A DNA stretch of 28,153 bases from Chthoniobacteraceae bacterium (GTDB lineage Bacteria; Verrucomicrobiota; Verrucomicrobiia; Chthoniobacterales; Chthoniobacteraceae). The position numbers and the translations under genes were made by a program. Positions 1-8,839 of the stretch are shown piece by piece. Location of the stretch: the NCBI GenBank assembly GCA_031409335.1, contig JANNWY010000091.1, forward strand, positions 1 to 28,153, in the 5' to 3' direction. Every line of letters starts with the position of its first letter. The first letter of the stretch is position 1. The notes beneath the pieces are model-generated. The model was not told the DNA's origin. It made no database searches and saw only the letters and a program-made list of their open reading frames with translations.

Positions 1-151
1 AGTCGCTAAAAAAACGGCTGCCGAGGAGCCAGAACCAACGCCGGCGAGCCAAACCGAACCATCGAAGGCCCAATCGACGCCCCGCGCTCCCACCAACACC
101 AACCGGCTTAACGAAATCGGTCACCGGTGGGACAGGCCCTACCCTAGAAGG

Positions 152-934
152 GTGCAACTGAAACTTCAATCGCCGCGCGCTCGGCCCTTTCGCGGGTATT
201 TTTTCAATCTTGTCCGCTGGCTACCTCTGCCTCCACGTTTCCGCACGCGGCTGCTCGCCCGGATTGGTGTGAATTATCATCACATCGGCATAGCGCGCTA
301 CTTTTACGCTTGGGATTGGCTCGATCAGAATCCAGGGGTGGAACGCATTATCCTCTGTGACGTTCGAGATGTAGTCGCGCAGAGCAACCCCGCGGAATTT
401 GCCGCTAACCTTGGTCTGCATGTCTTTCTCGAGGATGCGCGCGGCAATCTACTGGACGGCGAAAACGGCGTGAATGCAGAATACGAGTACCGCGCAGCGG
501 ACGGGACATTTCAACGTGGAATCAATGCTGCCTGGCTGCGTCATCTCTATAGCGAAGATGTCCTCGTGCGGCTCGGTCGCAAACCAATTTCTTGTGCGGG
601 CATCACGATCGGCGATCGCCGCAGTATGCGGCAATACCTAGCCGCGATGACCGCCGAACTTTGCCGCCTCACCGTGCCGATCGCCGAGGGTATGGGCTAC
701 GACCAGGCGGTGCATAACATGCTATTGCACACTGGCCGACTGGGTTCGGAGGTGCATTTGCATTCCAACGGCTCGGCCCCGGTGTTCACCGTTCACGGTG
801 TTCCGGATACTGAGATTGCAGTGGATGGTGCTGGTCGAGTGATCCAAACCAACGGCAGCCCTTACTCGCTGGTTCATATGTATGACCGCAGTCCACGTCT
901 CTCGGCACTCGTCTCGTCTGCTTATCCTAATTAA
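152..934 (+). CDS. Putative GT-A-fold glycosyltransferase-like protein, probably 5'-truncated
   Basis: Contains ARYFYAWDWL...IILCDVRDVVAQSNP, CAGITIG, GYDQAVHN and VHMYDR motifs typical of DxD-type GT-like proteins. The frame is open back to base 2, but codons before ~140 are low-complexity and do not look like this family. Confidence 0.55.
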   Translation: MQLKLQSPRARPFRGYFFNLVRWLPLPPRFRTRLLARIGVNYHHIGIARYFYAWDWLDQNPGVERIILCDVRDVVAQSNPAEFAANLGLHVFLEDARGNLLDGENGVNAEYEYRAADGTFQRGINAAWLRHLYSEDVLVRLGRKPISCAGITIGDRRSMRQYLAAMTAELCRLTVPIAEGMGYDQAVHNMLLHTGRLGSEVHLHSNGSAPVFTVHGVPDTEIAVDGAGRVIQTNGSPYSLVHMYDRSPRLSALVSSAYPN

Positions 935-1025
935 TGAACTGCCCCGTGCTTGCGATTTACTCCATTCGTGTGCAGGAGGCACAACACAGCAACCATTGCG
1001 AGACTTTGCAGCGATCCGGGAAAAA

Positions 1026-1787
1026 ATGCGCAATAGTTACCTAGCCAAACTCAGTGAAGCTGTGATTGCCCTCACAACGGTTCGCGTCGCCTGTGGCCAC
1101 AGTTATCTCGCGTCCGTCCTGACATCAGAGTCGATCGTCCTCGACTTGGGTGCAAATATCGGGTCGTTTTCCCGGGGTTTGTCGGAGAGCCTGGGCTGCT
1201 TGTGTTATTGTGTTGAACCCGACCGTAACAACTTCGACCAGATCGTTACTTCTCCGCGAATTCAAAAATGCCTCGCCGCCGTCGGTCCCGCCGATGGAAA
1301 CTCCTGTTTGCTGCGTTCTGAAAACGCCGAAGCTCACAGTTTATTTCCCAGTAGTTATACCGCGACAAACGCCGACGCCGGGCAGCAGGTAAGGGTTGCA
1401 AGTTACTGCTCCTTGCTGCGGGAATTTGGAATCAACACCGCAGACCTGCTCAAAATGGATGTGGAAGGTGCGGAGTCGGCGTTTTTGGAATCTATGACGG
1501 ACGACGAATTGAGCGCGATCGGCCAAATCACGGTGGAATTTCATAACTTCATTCCAGAATTGCAGGATTGGGACAGGACTTGGAGGATTCGGATGCGCCT
1601 CGAATTCCTGGGCTTTCGGACCATCGTTGATCCCTCCTTCGGCGATATGAATGTGCTTTTCATCAACCAGCGAAAACTGAAATTGGGCCGGCGGGACTGG
1701 TTTTGTTTTGGAGTCTTTGACTGGATAAATCGTTTAAAAAACTGGCGTCACGGCCTGAAACGACGCCTTGGTCGGCTGCATTGGTAA
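1026..1787 (+). CDS. FkbM-family SAM-dependent methyltransferase
   Basis: Motifs VLDLGANIGSFS, CVEPD, DLLKMDVEGAE and QITVEFH. Start set at ATG 1026 (MRNSYL) rather than 882, which overlaps the upstream ORF. Confidence 0.85.
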   Translation: MRNSYLAKLSEAVIALTTVRVACGHSYLASVLTSESIVLDLGANIGSFSRGLSESLGCLCYCVEPDRNNFDQIVTSPRIQKCLAAVGPADGNSCLLRSENAEAHSLFPSSYTATNADAGQQVRVASYCSLLREFGINTADLLKMDVEGAESAFLESMTDDELSAIGQITVEFHNFIPELQDWDRTWRIRMRLEFLGFRTIVDPSFGDMNVLFINQRKLKLGRRDWFCFGVFDWINRLKNWRHGLKRRLGRLHW

Positions 1788-2497
1788 GCCAAAGCCCAGC
1801 GCCGGCAGATCAACTTTGCCGTCGCTCATCAAGTTCAGCAATTTGTCGTGCGTCCGCCCCCGGAAAGCGCGCGCTCGTTCAGCCCGCGATCGAACACCTC
1901 GAAGACCACGCCCGTGCAATACGCCAGCCCGCGCACGATCGCGTAGTCGATTTCCATAAAGGCACCGAACTCGCGCGCGGCGAGATCGGCGAAAAATTGT
2001 GCCCACGCATTGCGACTGCTCAGCCGCACCACAAAGTCTTTTTCGGTGAAAGCACACGCGCGCAGCATGTCGATCTGCACTGCGAGCAGCTCCGCATCCG
2101 CGGCTGGCGAGGCTTCGCCGATGATGTCGCAATTGAGTTGATAGAACTCACGCAGCCTCCCGCGCTGCTGCTTCTCGTAGCAGAAGAATTGCGGCACGCA
2201 GAACCACTTCAGCGGTTTCTTAAAATCGCGCTCCCGTGCCGCGACCATGCGCGCCAGCGTCGGCGTCATCTCCGGGCGGATCGCCACGTGGCGCCCACCC
2301 TTGTCCGTGAAATCGAAAAGCTGGCAGACGAGTTCGCCGCCGCTTTTCTTTTCGTAAAGCGCCATCGGCTCCAACACTGGCCCGTCGAATTCCACAAAGC
2401 CACAGCGCCGCGCGACCTCGCGCCATTTTGTCAGGATGTAATTCCGTCGGGCGCAGTCCTCGGGGTAAAAGTCGCGGAAACCTGGGAGCAATTGCAT
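1788..2497 (-). pseudogene. hisS: Histidyl-tRNA synthetase (HisS/HisZ-like) pseudogene: apparent internal deletion, 1-bp frameshift and C-terminal truncation
   Basis: Motifs LPGFRDFYP, RPEMTPTLARM, YEKQQRGRLREFYQLNCD and IVRGLAYCTGVVFE. The GGGRYD motif is broken at ~1850 (GGA CGC -AC GAC). The other frame continues DKLLNLMSDGKVDLPALGFG, and similarity stops at 1788. Confidence 0.85.
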
Positions 2498-2668
2498 AAG
2501 CGGAGCGCAGACGCTAGCGGTCGAGCCTCGTGGCGCAAGACGGAATGCCGCCGGTGTCTCCGCATGTTCCTGCGCTGACCGCGCGCCCGCCTACGGCAGG
2601 TTGTCGCGGCGCGACACCGGACGACTCAACGGTTGCCTAGTGCAGCTGGCTTGGGCATCTTCTTTCCA

Positions 2669-2893
2669 ATGAGCACGCTCGCGGAAATCGAAGAAGCATT
2701 GCCGAAGTTGACGAAGGAGGAGTTGTCACGCGTGGAGGCGGCGCTTCACCGCATCCGGGATGGACAGGCCGCTTCACCGGCTCCTATAGGAAATCCGCGT
2801 CTGCAAGCGCTCGATTCTCTCCAAGCGCGGATGGCCCTCGACGCGCGAAAAACCAGCGAGTGGGTCGCGGCGGTGCGTGAGGCGAGACGGTAA
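2669..2893 (+). CDS. Putative antitoxin (small helical protein upstream of a PIN toxin)
   Basis: 74 aa starting MSTLAEIEEALPKLTKEEL; ends 6 nt before the PIN gene; promoter-like TTGCCT-N17-CATCTT upstream. Confidence 0.7.
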   Translation: MSTLAEIEEALPKLTKEELSRVEAALHRIRDGQAASPAPIGNPRLQALDSLQARMALDARKTSEWVAAVREARR

Positions 2894-2899
2894 CGGGGC

Positions 2900-3271
2900 A
2901 TGATCCATCTCGACACGAATTTTCTCATCCACGCCCTCCAGCCGGGCACCGATGAGGACGCCAAATTACGGGCGTGGCTCGAAGCGGAGGAAGCCGTGGG
3001 AATCTCGGCGATGACTTGGGCGGAGTTTTTGTGCAGGCCGCTCGCCCCCGGCGACAGGGAATTCGCGGAGGCATTGTTCCCGGTCGTCGAGCCGCTGATT
3101 CCGGCTGACTCGGCAAAAGGCGCGGAGCTTTTCAACGCCACTGGCCGACGGTCCCGCTCGCTGGCGGACTGTCTCATCGCCGCAGTGGCGCCGCGAAACG
3201 GTGCCCGCGTAGCGACGGGAAATCTCGACGACTTTCAGCCCTTTGTGCCTCACGGGCTGGCGCTGGCTTAA
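2900..3271 (+). CDS. vapC: PIN-domain VapC-type toxin
   Basis: MIHLDTNFLI, WAEFL, LADCLIAA and TGNLDDF supply the conserved acidic PIN residues. Confidence 0.88.
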   Translation: MIHLDTNFLIHALQPGTDEDAKLRAWLEAEEAVGISAMTWAEFLCRPLAPGDREFAEALFPVVEPLIPADSAKGAELFNATGRRSRSLADCLIAAVAPRNGARVATGNLDDFQPFVPHGLALA

Positions 3272-3358
3272 GCGTGCAAGGATCGGCTTTCCAGACGGCC
3301 CGAACCTCGGCGTATAGTACCGCGTGGTTCTTGCGTCGGGGCGGGCGCTTCGGATTCC

Positions 3359-4393
3359 ATGCTCGCCGTGTTCCGCTCCTTCAAAGTCCGCCACTTCCGC
3401 TGCTTCGACGCGTTCGAGGCCGCGTTCGAGCCGGGGCTGAATCTGATCGTCGGCCCGAATGCGCAGGGCAAGACTTCGCTGCTCGAAGCCGCGTGCATCC
3501 TTCTCCGGCTCGCGTCGCCGCGCGTCTCGCGGCTCGGCCATGTGGTGCAGCACGAGCGGCGCGGGTTTGTCGTGGATGGATATTTCGGTGAGCGGCACCT
3601 GCAGTTTTACTTCAGCCGCGAGCGGAAAAAACTCGCGCTCGACGAAGTGGAGCAGAAGTCCGCGACGGAATACCTGAAGCTCGGACGGCTCGTTTATTTC
3701 TCGAATTCGGACATCGAGATCGTGCGTGGGTCGGGTGAGGTGCGGCGGCGGTTTCTCGATTTCATTGCGGTGCAACGCGAGGCCGGATACCGCAGCGCGC
3801 TGCGCGATTTCGAACGCGCGCTGCGCTCGCGAAATCTGCTGCTGAAAGCGCCGCAGCCGCGCTGGCGCGAGATCGCCGCGTTCGACGAGCCGCTCGTCGC
3901 GTATGGGAATATCCTCACCGCCGCGCGGACGCGGTTGCTCGCGGATCTACAGCCGCTCGCGCAGGCCGCGCATCACGCGATCAGCGGCGCGCGGGAAAAT
4001 TTGCGAGTCGATTACCAGCCGGGCGCGGGCGCGGACTTCGCGTCGCTGCTCGCGCATTCGCACAGCGAAGATGCGCGCCTGCGCCAGACCAGCGTCGGCC
4101 CGCACCGCGATGACGTGCGCTTTTTCCTGAACGAGATCAGCGCCGACTTCGCGAGCGAAGGCCAGCAGCGCACGCTCGTCCTCGCGCTGAAACTGGGCGC
4201 GGCGAAACTCCTCGCCGAACATTTCGTCACGCCGCCACTGCTCCTGCTCGACGACATCTTCGGCGAACTCGACCCCTCGCGCCGCAACGCGCTGCTCGCC
4301 GCGCTGCCTGCGGATTCACAAAAGCTCATCACCACCACGCATCTCGACTGGATGCCGCCGGACGCAGCCGCGCGCGTGCTGCGGCTCGGCTAG
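3359..4393 (+). CDS. recF: DNA replication and repair protein RecF
   Basis: Walker A GPNAQGKTSLLEA, RRRFLD, VGPHRDD, SEGQQR and Walker B LLLLDDIFGELD. Confidence 0.95.
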   Translation: MLAVFRSFKVRHFRCFDAFEAAFEPGLNLIVGPNAQGKTSLLEAACILLRLASPRVSRLGHVVQHERRGFVVDGYFGERHLQFYFSRERKKLALDEVEQKSATEYLKLGRLVYFSNSDIEIVRGSGEVRRRFLDFIAVQREAGYRSALRDFERALRSRNLLLKAPQPRWREIAAFDEPLVAYGNILTAARTRLLADLQPLAQAAHHAISGARENLRVDYQPGAGADFASLLAHSHSEDARLRQTSVGPHRDDVRFFLNEISADFASEGQQRTLVLALKLGAAKLLAEHFVTPPLLLLDDIFGELDPSRRNALLAALPADSQKLITTTHLDWMPPDAAARVLRLG

Positions 4394-4419
4394 ACGCGCG
4401 CAGGATGAACGCCGAAGGC

Positions 4420-5076
4420 TCAGCGGCTTTCACCTTTGGCCAACGCCCCGGACTCCGCGTCGCGGGCGTGTTCAATCGCCTCCACTTTTTCCTCGATCTT
4501 CACGATGCCGCGCCGATTGAAAAAACGCAGCAGGGCGATGACAATGAACGCCACGAGTAACGTGCCCAGCAGAAAGTACGGGTGATGTTTGCCCTCCACT
4601 TTTCCCAGCATCCGCAGCGCCCATCCGGTCGAGTGAAAGCCGACGCCGACGAGGATTCCGCCCCACAACGCGAGCGCCACGAACTCGATGCCGGCAAACT
4701 TCAGCCAGGGCAATCGCTGGATTCCCCAGAAGACGGATGACGGATTCCGCGTCGCGTAGATGAAGCGCGCGAGGAAGATTTGCCACGGCCCGAAACGACG
4801 CGCGAGCCGTTCGATCATTGGCCCGACGCGGCGATAAACGCGGCTCGATTTGATCGTGTCCGAATGCATGTGGCCGAGCGCGAACCAGACGGAATCGTGA
4901 ATGATCGCGCCAACGATCGCCGCCGGGAGAGCAGCGAAAAGATTGATGCCGGGCGTTAGCGGATTCCCGTCGCCGAGCTTTGCCACGACGCCGATCGCGA
5001 TGAATGCCAGGTCGTTCTCGATCAGTGCGAGGAGGAATGCGGCCCACCAGCCGTGGACGCTGAGGAATTCTCTCAT
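4420..5076 (-). CDS. DedA/VTT-family membrane protein
   Basis: Hydrophobic helices with GAIIHDSVWFALG and IFLARFIYATR. Start set at ATG 5076 (MREFLS). Confidence 0.8.
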   Translation of the reverse strand: MREFLSVHGWWAAFLLALIENDLAFIAIGVVAKLGDGNPLTPGINLFAALPAAIVGAIIHDSVWFALGHMHSDTIKSSRVYRRVGPMIERLARRFGPWQIFLARFIYATRNPSSVFWGIQRLPWLKFAGIEFVALALWGGILVGVGFHSTGWALRMLGKVEGKHHPYFLLGTLLVAFIVIALLRFFNRRGIVKIEEKVEAIEHARDAESGALAKGESR

Positions 5077-5195
5077 CTCGAAGGGTATTGCATGAAGGTC
5101 CGCACAGTGTCGCGCTTCACGAGCAGCGGCAAGGGCCGCGCGTGTTTGCTTTTCACACTCGCCGCGAAACGAAACGTCGCGCAACCATCCGGGCC

Positions 5196-6350
5196 ATGTC
5201 CGCTCCCGCCTCCCCCGCACCTGCGCGCATTGGCTCGATCGATGCCTATCGCGGATTCGTCATGTTTCTGCTCATCGCCGAGCGTTTCGATATCGGCGCG
5301 GTCGCGAAGGCGCTGCCGGATTCGCGGCTCTGGCATTTTCTGCACGCCCAGCAAAGTCACGTCGCGTGGACCGGTTGCGTGTTGCACGACATGATCCAGC
5401 CGTCGTTTTCGTTTCTCGTCGGCGTCGCGCTTCCCTTCTCGCTTGCGAGCCGTCGCGCAAAAGGACAGTCGGCTGGCGCGATGACGCTGCACGCATTCGC
5501 CCGTGGGCTCATCCTCGTTTTCCTCGGCATCGCGCTGCGCTCCGTCGGATTCCCGCAGACGAATTTCACATTTGAAGACACGCTCACCCAGATCGGCCTC
5601 GGCTACGCTTTTCTCTTCCTGCTCGCCACGCGACCCGTGCGGGATCAATGGGTCGCCTTCGGCGCGATCCTCGCCGGCTACTGGCTGGCGTTCGCGCTTT
5701 GGCCGCTCGATCCCACATCGCAACCGCTCACCGGTTTCGCCGCACACTGGAACAAAAACACCAACCCCGCGTCCGCGTTCGACACATGGTTTCTGAATCT
5801 CTTTCCGCGCCAAAAACCATTCATCGAAAACGGCGGCGGTTACGTCACGCTCAGCTTCATCCCGACGCTCGGCACGATGATCCTCGGCCTGCTCACCGGC
5901 GGCATTTTGAAAAGCGCGCGATCGACTTGGGAAAAAGTGCGCTGGCTCGCCATCGCAGCCTTCATCAGCCTCGCCACCGGCTGGCTGCTCGGCGCGCTCG
6001 GGATTTGTCCGGTGGTGAAACGCATCTGGACTCCGGCGTGGGTGCTCTTCAGCGGCGGGTGGTGTTTCGCATTCATGGCCGCGTTTCTCGCGCTCATCGA
6101 CCTGCGCGGGTGGCGCGCGTGGTCGTTCCCGCTCGTCGTCATCGGCATGAATTCCATCGCCGCCTACGTCATGGCCGAATGGCTGTTTTACGCCTTCATC
6201 CGCGACGCGTGGAAGCGCCACGTCAGCGCGCGCTTCTTTGAAATGTTCGGCACCGCGTATGCCGCTTTCGTGCTCGGCACCTGCGTCGTCCTGACTTTCT
6301 GGCTCATCCTCTTCTGGATGTACCGACGCAGGATTTTCCTGCGGATCTGA
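5196..6350 (+). CDS. DUF5009 / heparan-alpha-glucosaminide N-acetyltransferase-like (NagX-like) membrane acyltransferase
   Basis: Motifs RIGSIDAYRGFVM, H..WTG..LHDMIQPSFSFLVG, CPVVKRIWTP and VIGMNSI; multi-pass membrane protein. Confidence 0.85.
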   Translation: MSAPASPAPARIGSIDAYRGFVMFLLIAERFDIGAVAKALPDSRLWHFLHAQQSHVAWTGCVLHDMIQPSFSFLVGVALPFSLASRRAKGQSAGAMTLHAFARGLILVFLGIALRSVGFPQTNFTFEDTLTQIGLGYAFLFLLATRPVRDQWVAFGAILAGYWLAFALWPLDPTSQPLTGFAAHWNKNTNPASAFDTWFLNLFPRQKPFIENGGGYVTLSFIPTLGTMILGLLTGGILKSARSTWEKVRWLAIAAFISLATGWLLGALGICPVVKRIWTPAWVLFSGGWCFAFMAAFLALIDLRGWRAWSFPLVVIGMNSIAAYVMAEWLFYAFIRDAWKRHVSARFFEMFGTAYAAFVLGTCVVLTFWLILFWMYRRRIFLRI

Positions 6351-6391
6351 AACACGAGGGCGTTGACTTACGACAATCGCCGTTCACTCAT

Positions 6392-6642
6392 GGGCGCATC
6401 TCACTTTCATGCAGCGCCAAAGGCGCGAGACATCCCAGCCCAAGGCAAGCGAGGAACGAGCGCAGCCCTGGGTTTGCGCGCCCTGCGGACAAGCCCTGAC
6501 AGGGCGGGACAACCGGGATGCCAGCTCCTTTGTCCCGCCCTTTCAGGGCTTGCGCCCTCTGGCACGTTTCCTCGTTCCTCGCTTGCCCTGGGCTGGGATG
6601 TCTCGCGCCGTTGGCGCTGTTGCAAGAAACTGAGATGCGCCC
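6392..6642. mobile_element. 251-bp non-autonomous MITE with ~70-bp terminal inverted repeats and a 9-bp target-site duplication
   Basis: Ends are GGGCGCATCTCA...TGAGATGCGCCC. The exact direct repeat TTCACTCAT lies at 6383-6391 and 6643-6651. An internal inverted pair lies at 6491-6512 and 6530-6551. Confidence 0.88.
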
Positions 6643-6676
6643 TTCACTCATAAGCAATTGTTTCTCCACTCCAGCA

Positions 6677-7097
6677 TCAGCCTGTAGTTTTGAAAAAGTG
6701 AGCAAATCCTTTTTTGCGCAATCCCAACTTTAGCTTTTTATCGCTAGTCCAAAGCTCGGCATCGAGTTCCAGCGCCAGCGCCACGTAGGCCACATCGTTT
6801 TCGTCCACATCGCGGCAGAGACGCCACGCCTCGGTCCAGCTTCCGATACCAATTGCATCCTCGTCGAAGAAGCGGATGTGACTGAGCAGGTAATGCAGCA
6901 GACTGAGCAGCGCAGACTCTTCGAGTGCCGAGGCGACCGCAATTGCGCTCCTTGTGTTTGAATAGCTCAACCACGACGTACTTCGGGCAGTAAAACTCGA
7001 CATCCGGCTCGGCAGTCAAAATCTGGCGCAAGCGTTGTTTCGTCGCGATGAGATCGGAGAATACCCGATTCGCATCGACGACCACGCGGCGACTCAT
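6677..7097 (-). pseudogene. PIN-domain toxin, frameshifted
   Basis: The N-terminal part MSRRVVVDANRVFSDL...VVELFKHKER and the C-terminal part IAVASALEE...DVDENDVAYVALALELDAELWTSDKKL are in different frames, with one extra base at ~6943 (CGC AATT GCG). Confidence 0.8.
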
Positions 7098-7327
7098 GCT
7101 TCGCCGATGCTTCGGAGAATCCGTTCGCGGTTCCGGCTCCACCATCCCGCATCCACTGCGTCGGCGAGCGAGGTTGCGTCGGCTTCCGTAAATCGACTCT
7201 GGCGGGCCATCCATTCCGCCTTGAGAAAAGTAATGAAGTCTTCTCGTTCCTTTGCGGGCACCGCCGATTCAGGGAAGGATATTACGACGCATCCATCGCT
7301 GGTGAATGTAGTAAGTGAAGCCTGCAT
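7094..7327 (-). CDS. Putative antitoxin
   Basis: 77 aa; its stop overlaps the PIN ATG (ATGA coupling at 7094-7097). Confidence 0.7.
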   Translation of the reverse strand: MQASLTTFTSDGCVVISFPESAVPAKEREDFITFLKAEWMARQSRFTEADATSLADAVDAGWWSRNRERILRSIGEA

Positions 7328-7433
7328 GGGCGCAAAGCTAGCGCTCCGCGAGGGAAAGACAATCGCGGCCCTTCATCTTCCGCCCTCCAAAAAGGCGTTG
7401 CGCGAGTCCTCATCTCGCGACCACTGTTTTGCC

Positions 7434-7997
7434 ATGCGTCAACTTTGGATCAAAGCCGCCGCCGCCCTCGCCGCCATCTGGCTCGTCGCCGGGAGTGTTA
7501 TCATGTGGGCGCGCAGCGTGAAAACTTCACCGCAATCGGTGGCGCAATACATGGATGCGAATCCGCTCGATGGACGCCCGCCGGAAGTCCGCAAGAAGGT
7601 CATCGACGATGTGACCGAACAACTGAGCCGGCTCGACTTTGACGAACGGAAGGCGACCCGGATGGAAAAACGCCCGGAACAATTCTTCAAGAATCTGACG
7701 CCTGACGAACAGGCTTACTTCGTCGATCGCACGGTTCCCGCGGGCTTCAAGCAGATGATGGAGGCGATCAATCGGATGACGCCGGAGAAGCGGATGAAGT
7801 TTGTTTACAAGGCGGTCGAGGATTTGCGGCGCGAACGCGAGGAAGGCGGGGAGGCTCCGCCGAATCTCAACGATCCAAACGTCCAGAAAATCATGGCCGC
7901 CGGTTTGAAGTCGTTTTACTCCGAGGCGAGCCCGGAGGTGAAGCTGCAGCTCGCGCCGTTGCTCGAGGAGATGCAGCAAAATCTGACCGGGCGCTAA
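7434..7997 (+). CDS. Hypothetical protein with N-terminal membrane anchor/signal and a helical domain
   Basis: Starts MRQLWIKAAAALAAIWLVAGSVIMW; host-like codon usage; ends 4 nt before panB. Confidence 0.75.
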   Translation: MRQLWIKAAAALAAIWLVAGSVIMWARSVKTSPQSVAQYMDANPLDGRPPEVRKKVIDDVTEQLSRLDFDERKATRMEKRPEQFFKNLTPDEQAYFVDRTVPAGFKQMMEAINRMTPEKRMKFVYKAVEDLRREREEGGEAPPNLNDPNVQKIMAAGLKSFYSEASPEVKLQLAPLLEEMQQNLTGR

Positions 7998-8001
7998 AAA
8001 A

Positions 8002-8787
8002 GTGGACATCCAAAAGCATTCGCAAAACGCGCCGCGCTTCGCGGCATTCGCGGCGATGAAGGCGCGGGGCGAGAAGATCGCGATGCTGACGGCTTATGAT
8101 TTTCCGACGGCACGGCTGCTGGATGAAAGTGGCGTCGATGTGCTGCTGGTGGGCGACTCGCTCGGGATGGTAGTGCTCGGTTATCCGGACACGACTTTCG
8201 TGACGATGGACGAGATGCTGCATCACACGCGGGCGGTGGCGCGGGCGGGGACGCGCGCGGCGGTGCTGGCGGATTTGCCGATCGGCACTTGCGACACGCC
8301 GGAGGGGGCGCTGGAGAATGCGCGGCGTTTGATCGAGGCCGGTGCGCAAGCGGTGAAGCTGGAAGGCGGAGCGTCGCACGCGCGGCAAATCGCGGCGCTG
8401 GTGGCGGCGGGGATTCCGGCGATGGCGCACATCGGCATGATGCCGCAGCGGGTGCGGATCGAGGGTGGCTATCGCGTGAAAGGCAAGACGCCAGAGGATG
8501 CCGCGCGGCTGCTGGCGGATGCGCGCGCGGCGGAGGATGCGGGCGCGTTTGGCCTGCTGCTGGAACTCGTCCAGCCAGACACGGCGCGCGAGATCACGGC
8601 GAGCGTGAAAATTCCCACCATCGGAATCGGAGCCGGTGCGGACTGCGATGGGCAGGTGCTGGTGACGCCCGATCTCATCGGCGCGTATCCGTGGTTCACG
8701 CCGCGCTTCGTGAAACAGCGGGCGAAAGTCGCGGAGGAGATTCGCCGGGCTGTGGCGGAGTACGTGGCGGATGTGAAGAAGCCATGA
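8002..8787 (+). CDS. panB: 3-methyl-2-oxobutanoate hydroxymethyltransferase
   Basis: Motifs IAMLTAYD, LLVGDSLGMVVLG, AVKLEGG and IPTIGIGAG. The start could instead be ATG 8056. Confidence 0.96.
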   Translation: MDIQKHSQNAPRFAAFAAMKARGEKIAMLTAYDFPTARLLDESGVDVLLVGDSLGMVVLGYPDTTFVTMDEMLHHTRAVARAGTRAAVLADLPIGTCDTPEGALENARRLIEAGAQAVKLEGGASHARQIAALVAAGIPAMAHIGMMPQRVRIEGGYRVKGKTPEDAARLLADARAAEDAGAFGLLLELVQPDTAREITASVKIPTIGIGAGADCDGQVLVTPDLIGAYPWFTPRFVKQRAKVAEEIRRAVAEYVADVKKP

Positions 8788-8839
8788 ACGCCGCGCGCGA
8801 GCTTGCGCCGCAGGGCGGGAGTGAAGCAATCTACGCCGC

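Noticed and set aside
2551..2620. Imperfect inverted repeat CCGGTGTC...GACACCGG
   Set aside because: Short, single-copy and GC-rich, so plausible by chance; no TSD seen.
6363..6733. Several short ORFs on both strands
   Set aside because: They are translations of the palindromic MITE; opposite-strand ORFs give near-identical peptides.
6935..6950. Programmed frameshift in the PIN gene
   Set aside because: No slippery heptamer or homopolymer run at the site; simple mutation or sequencing error is more likely.
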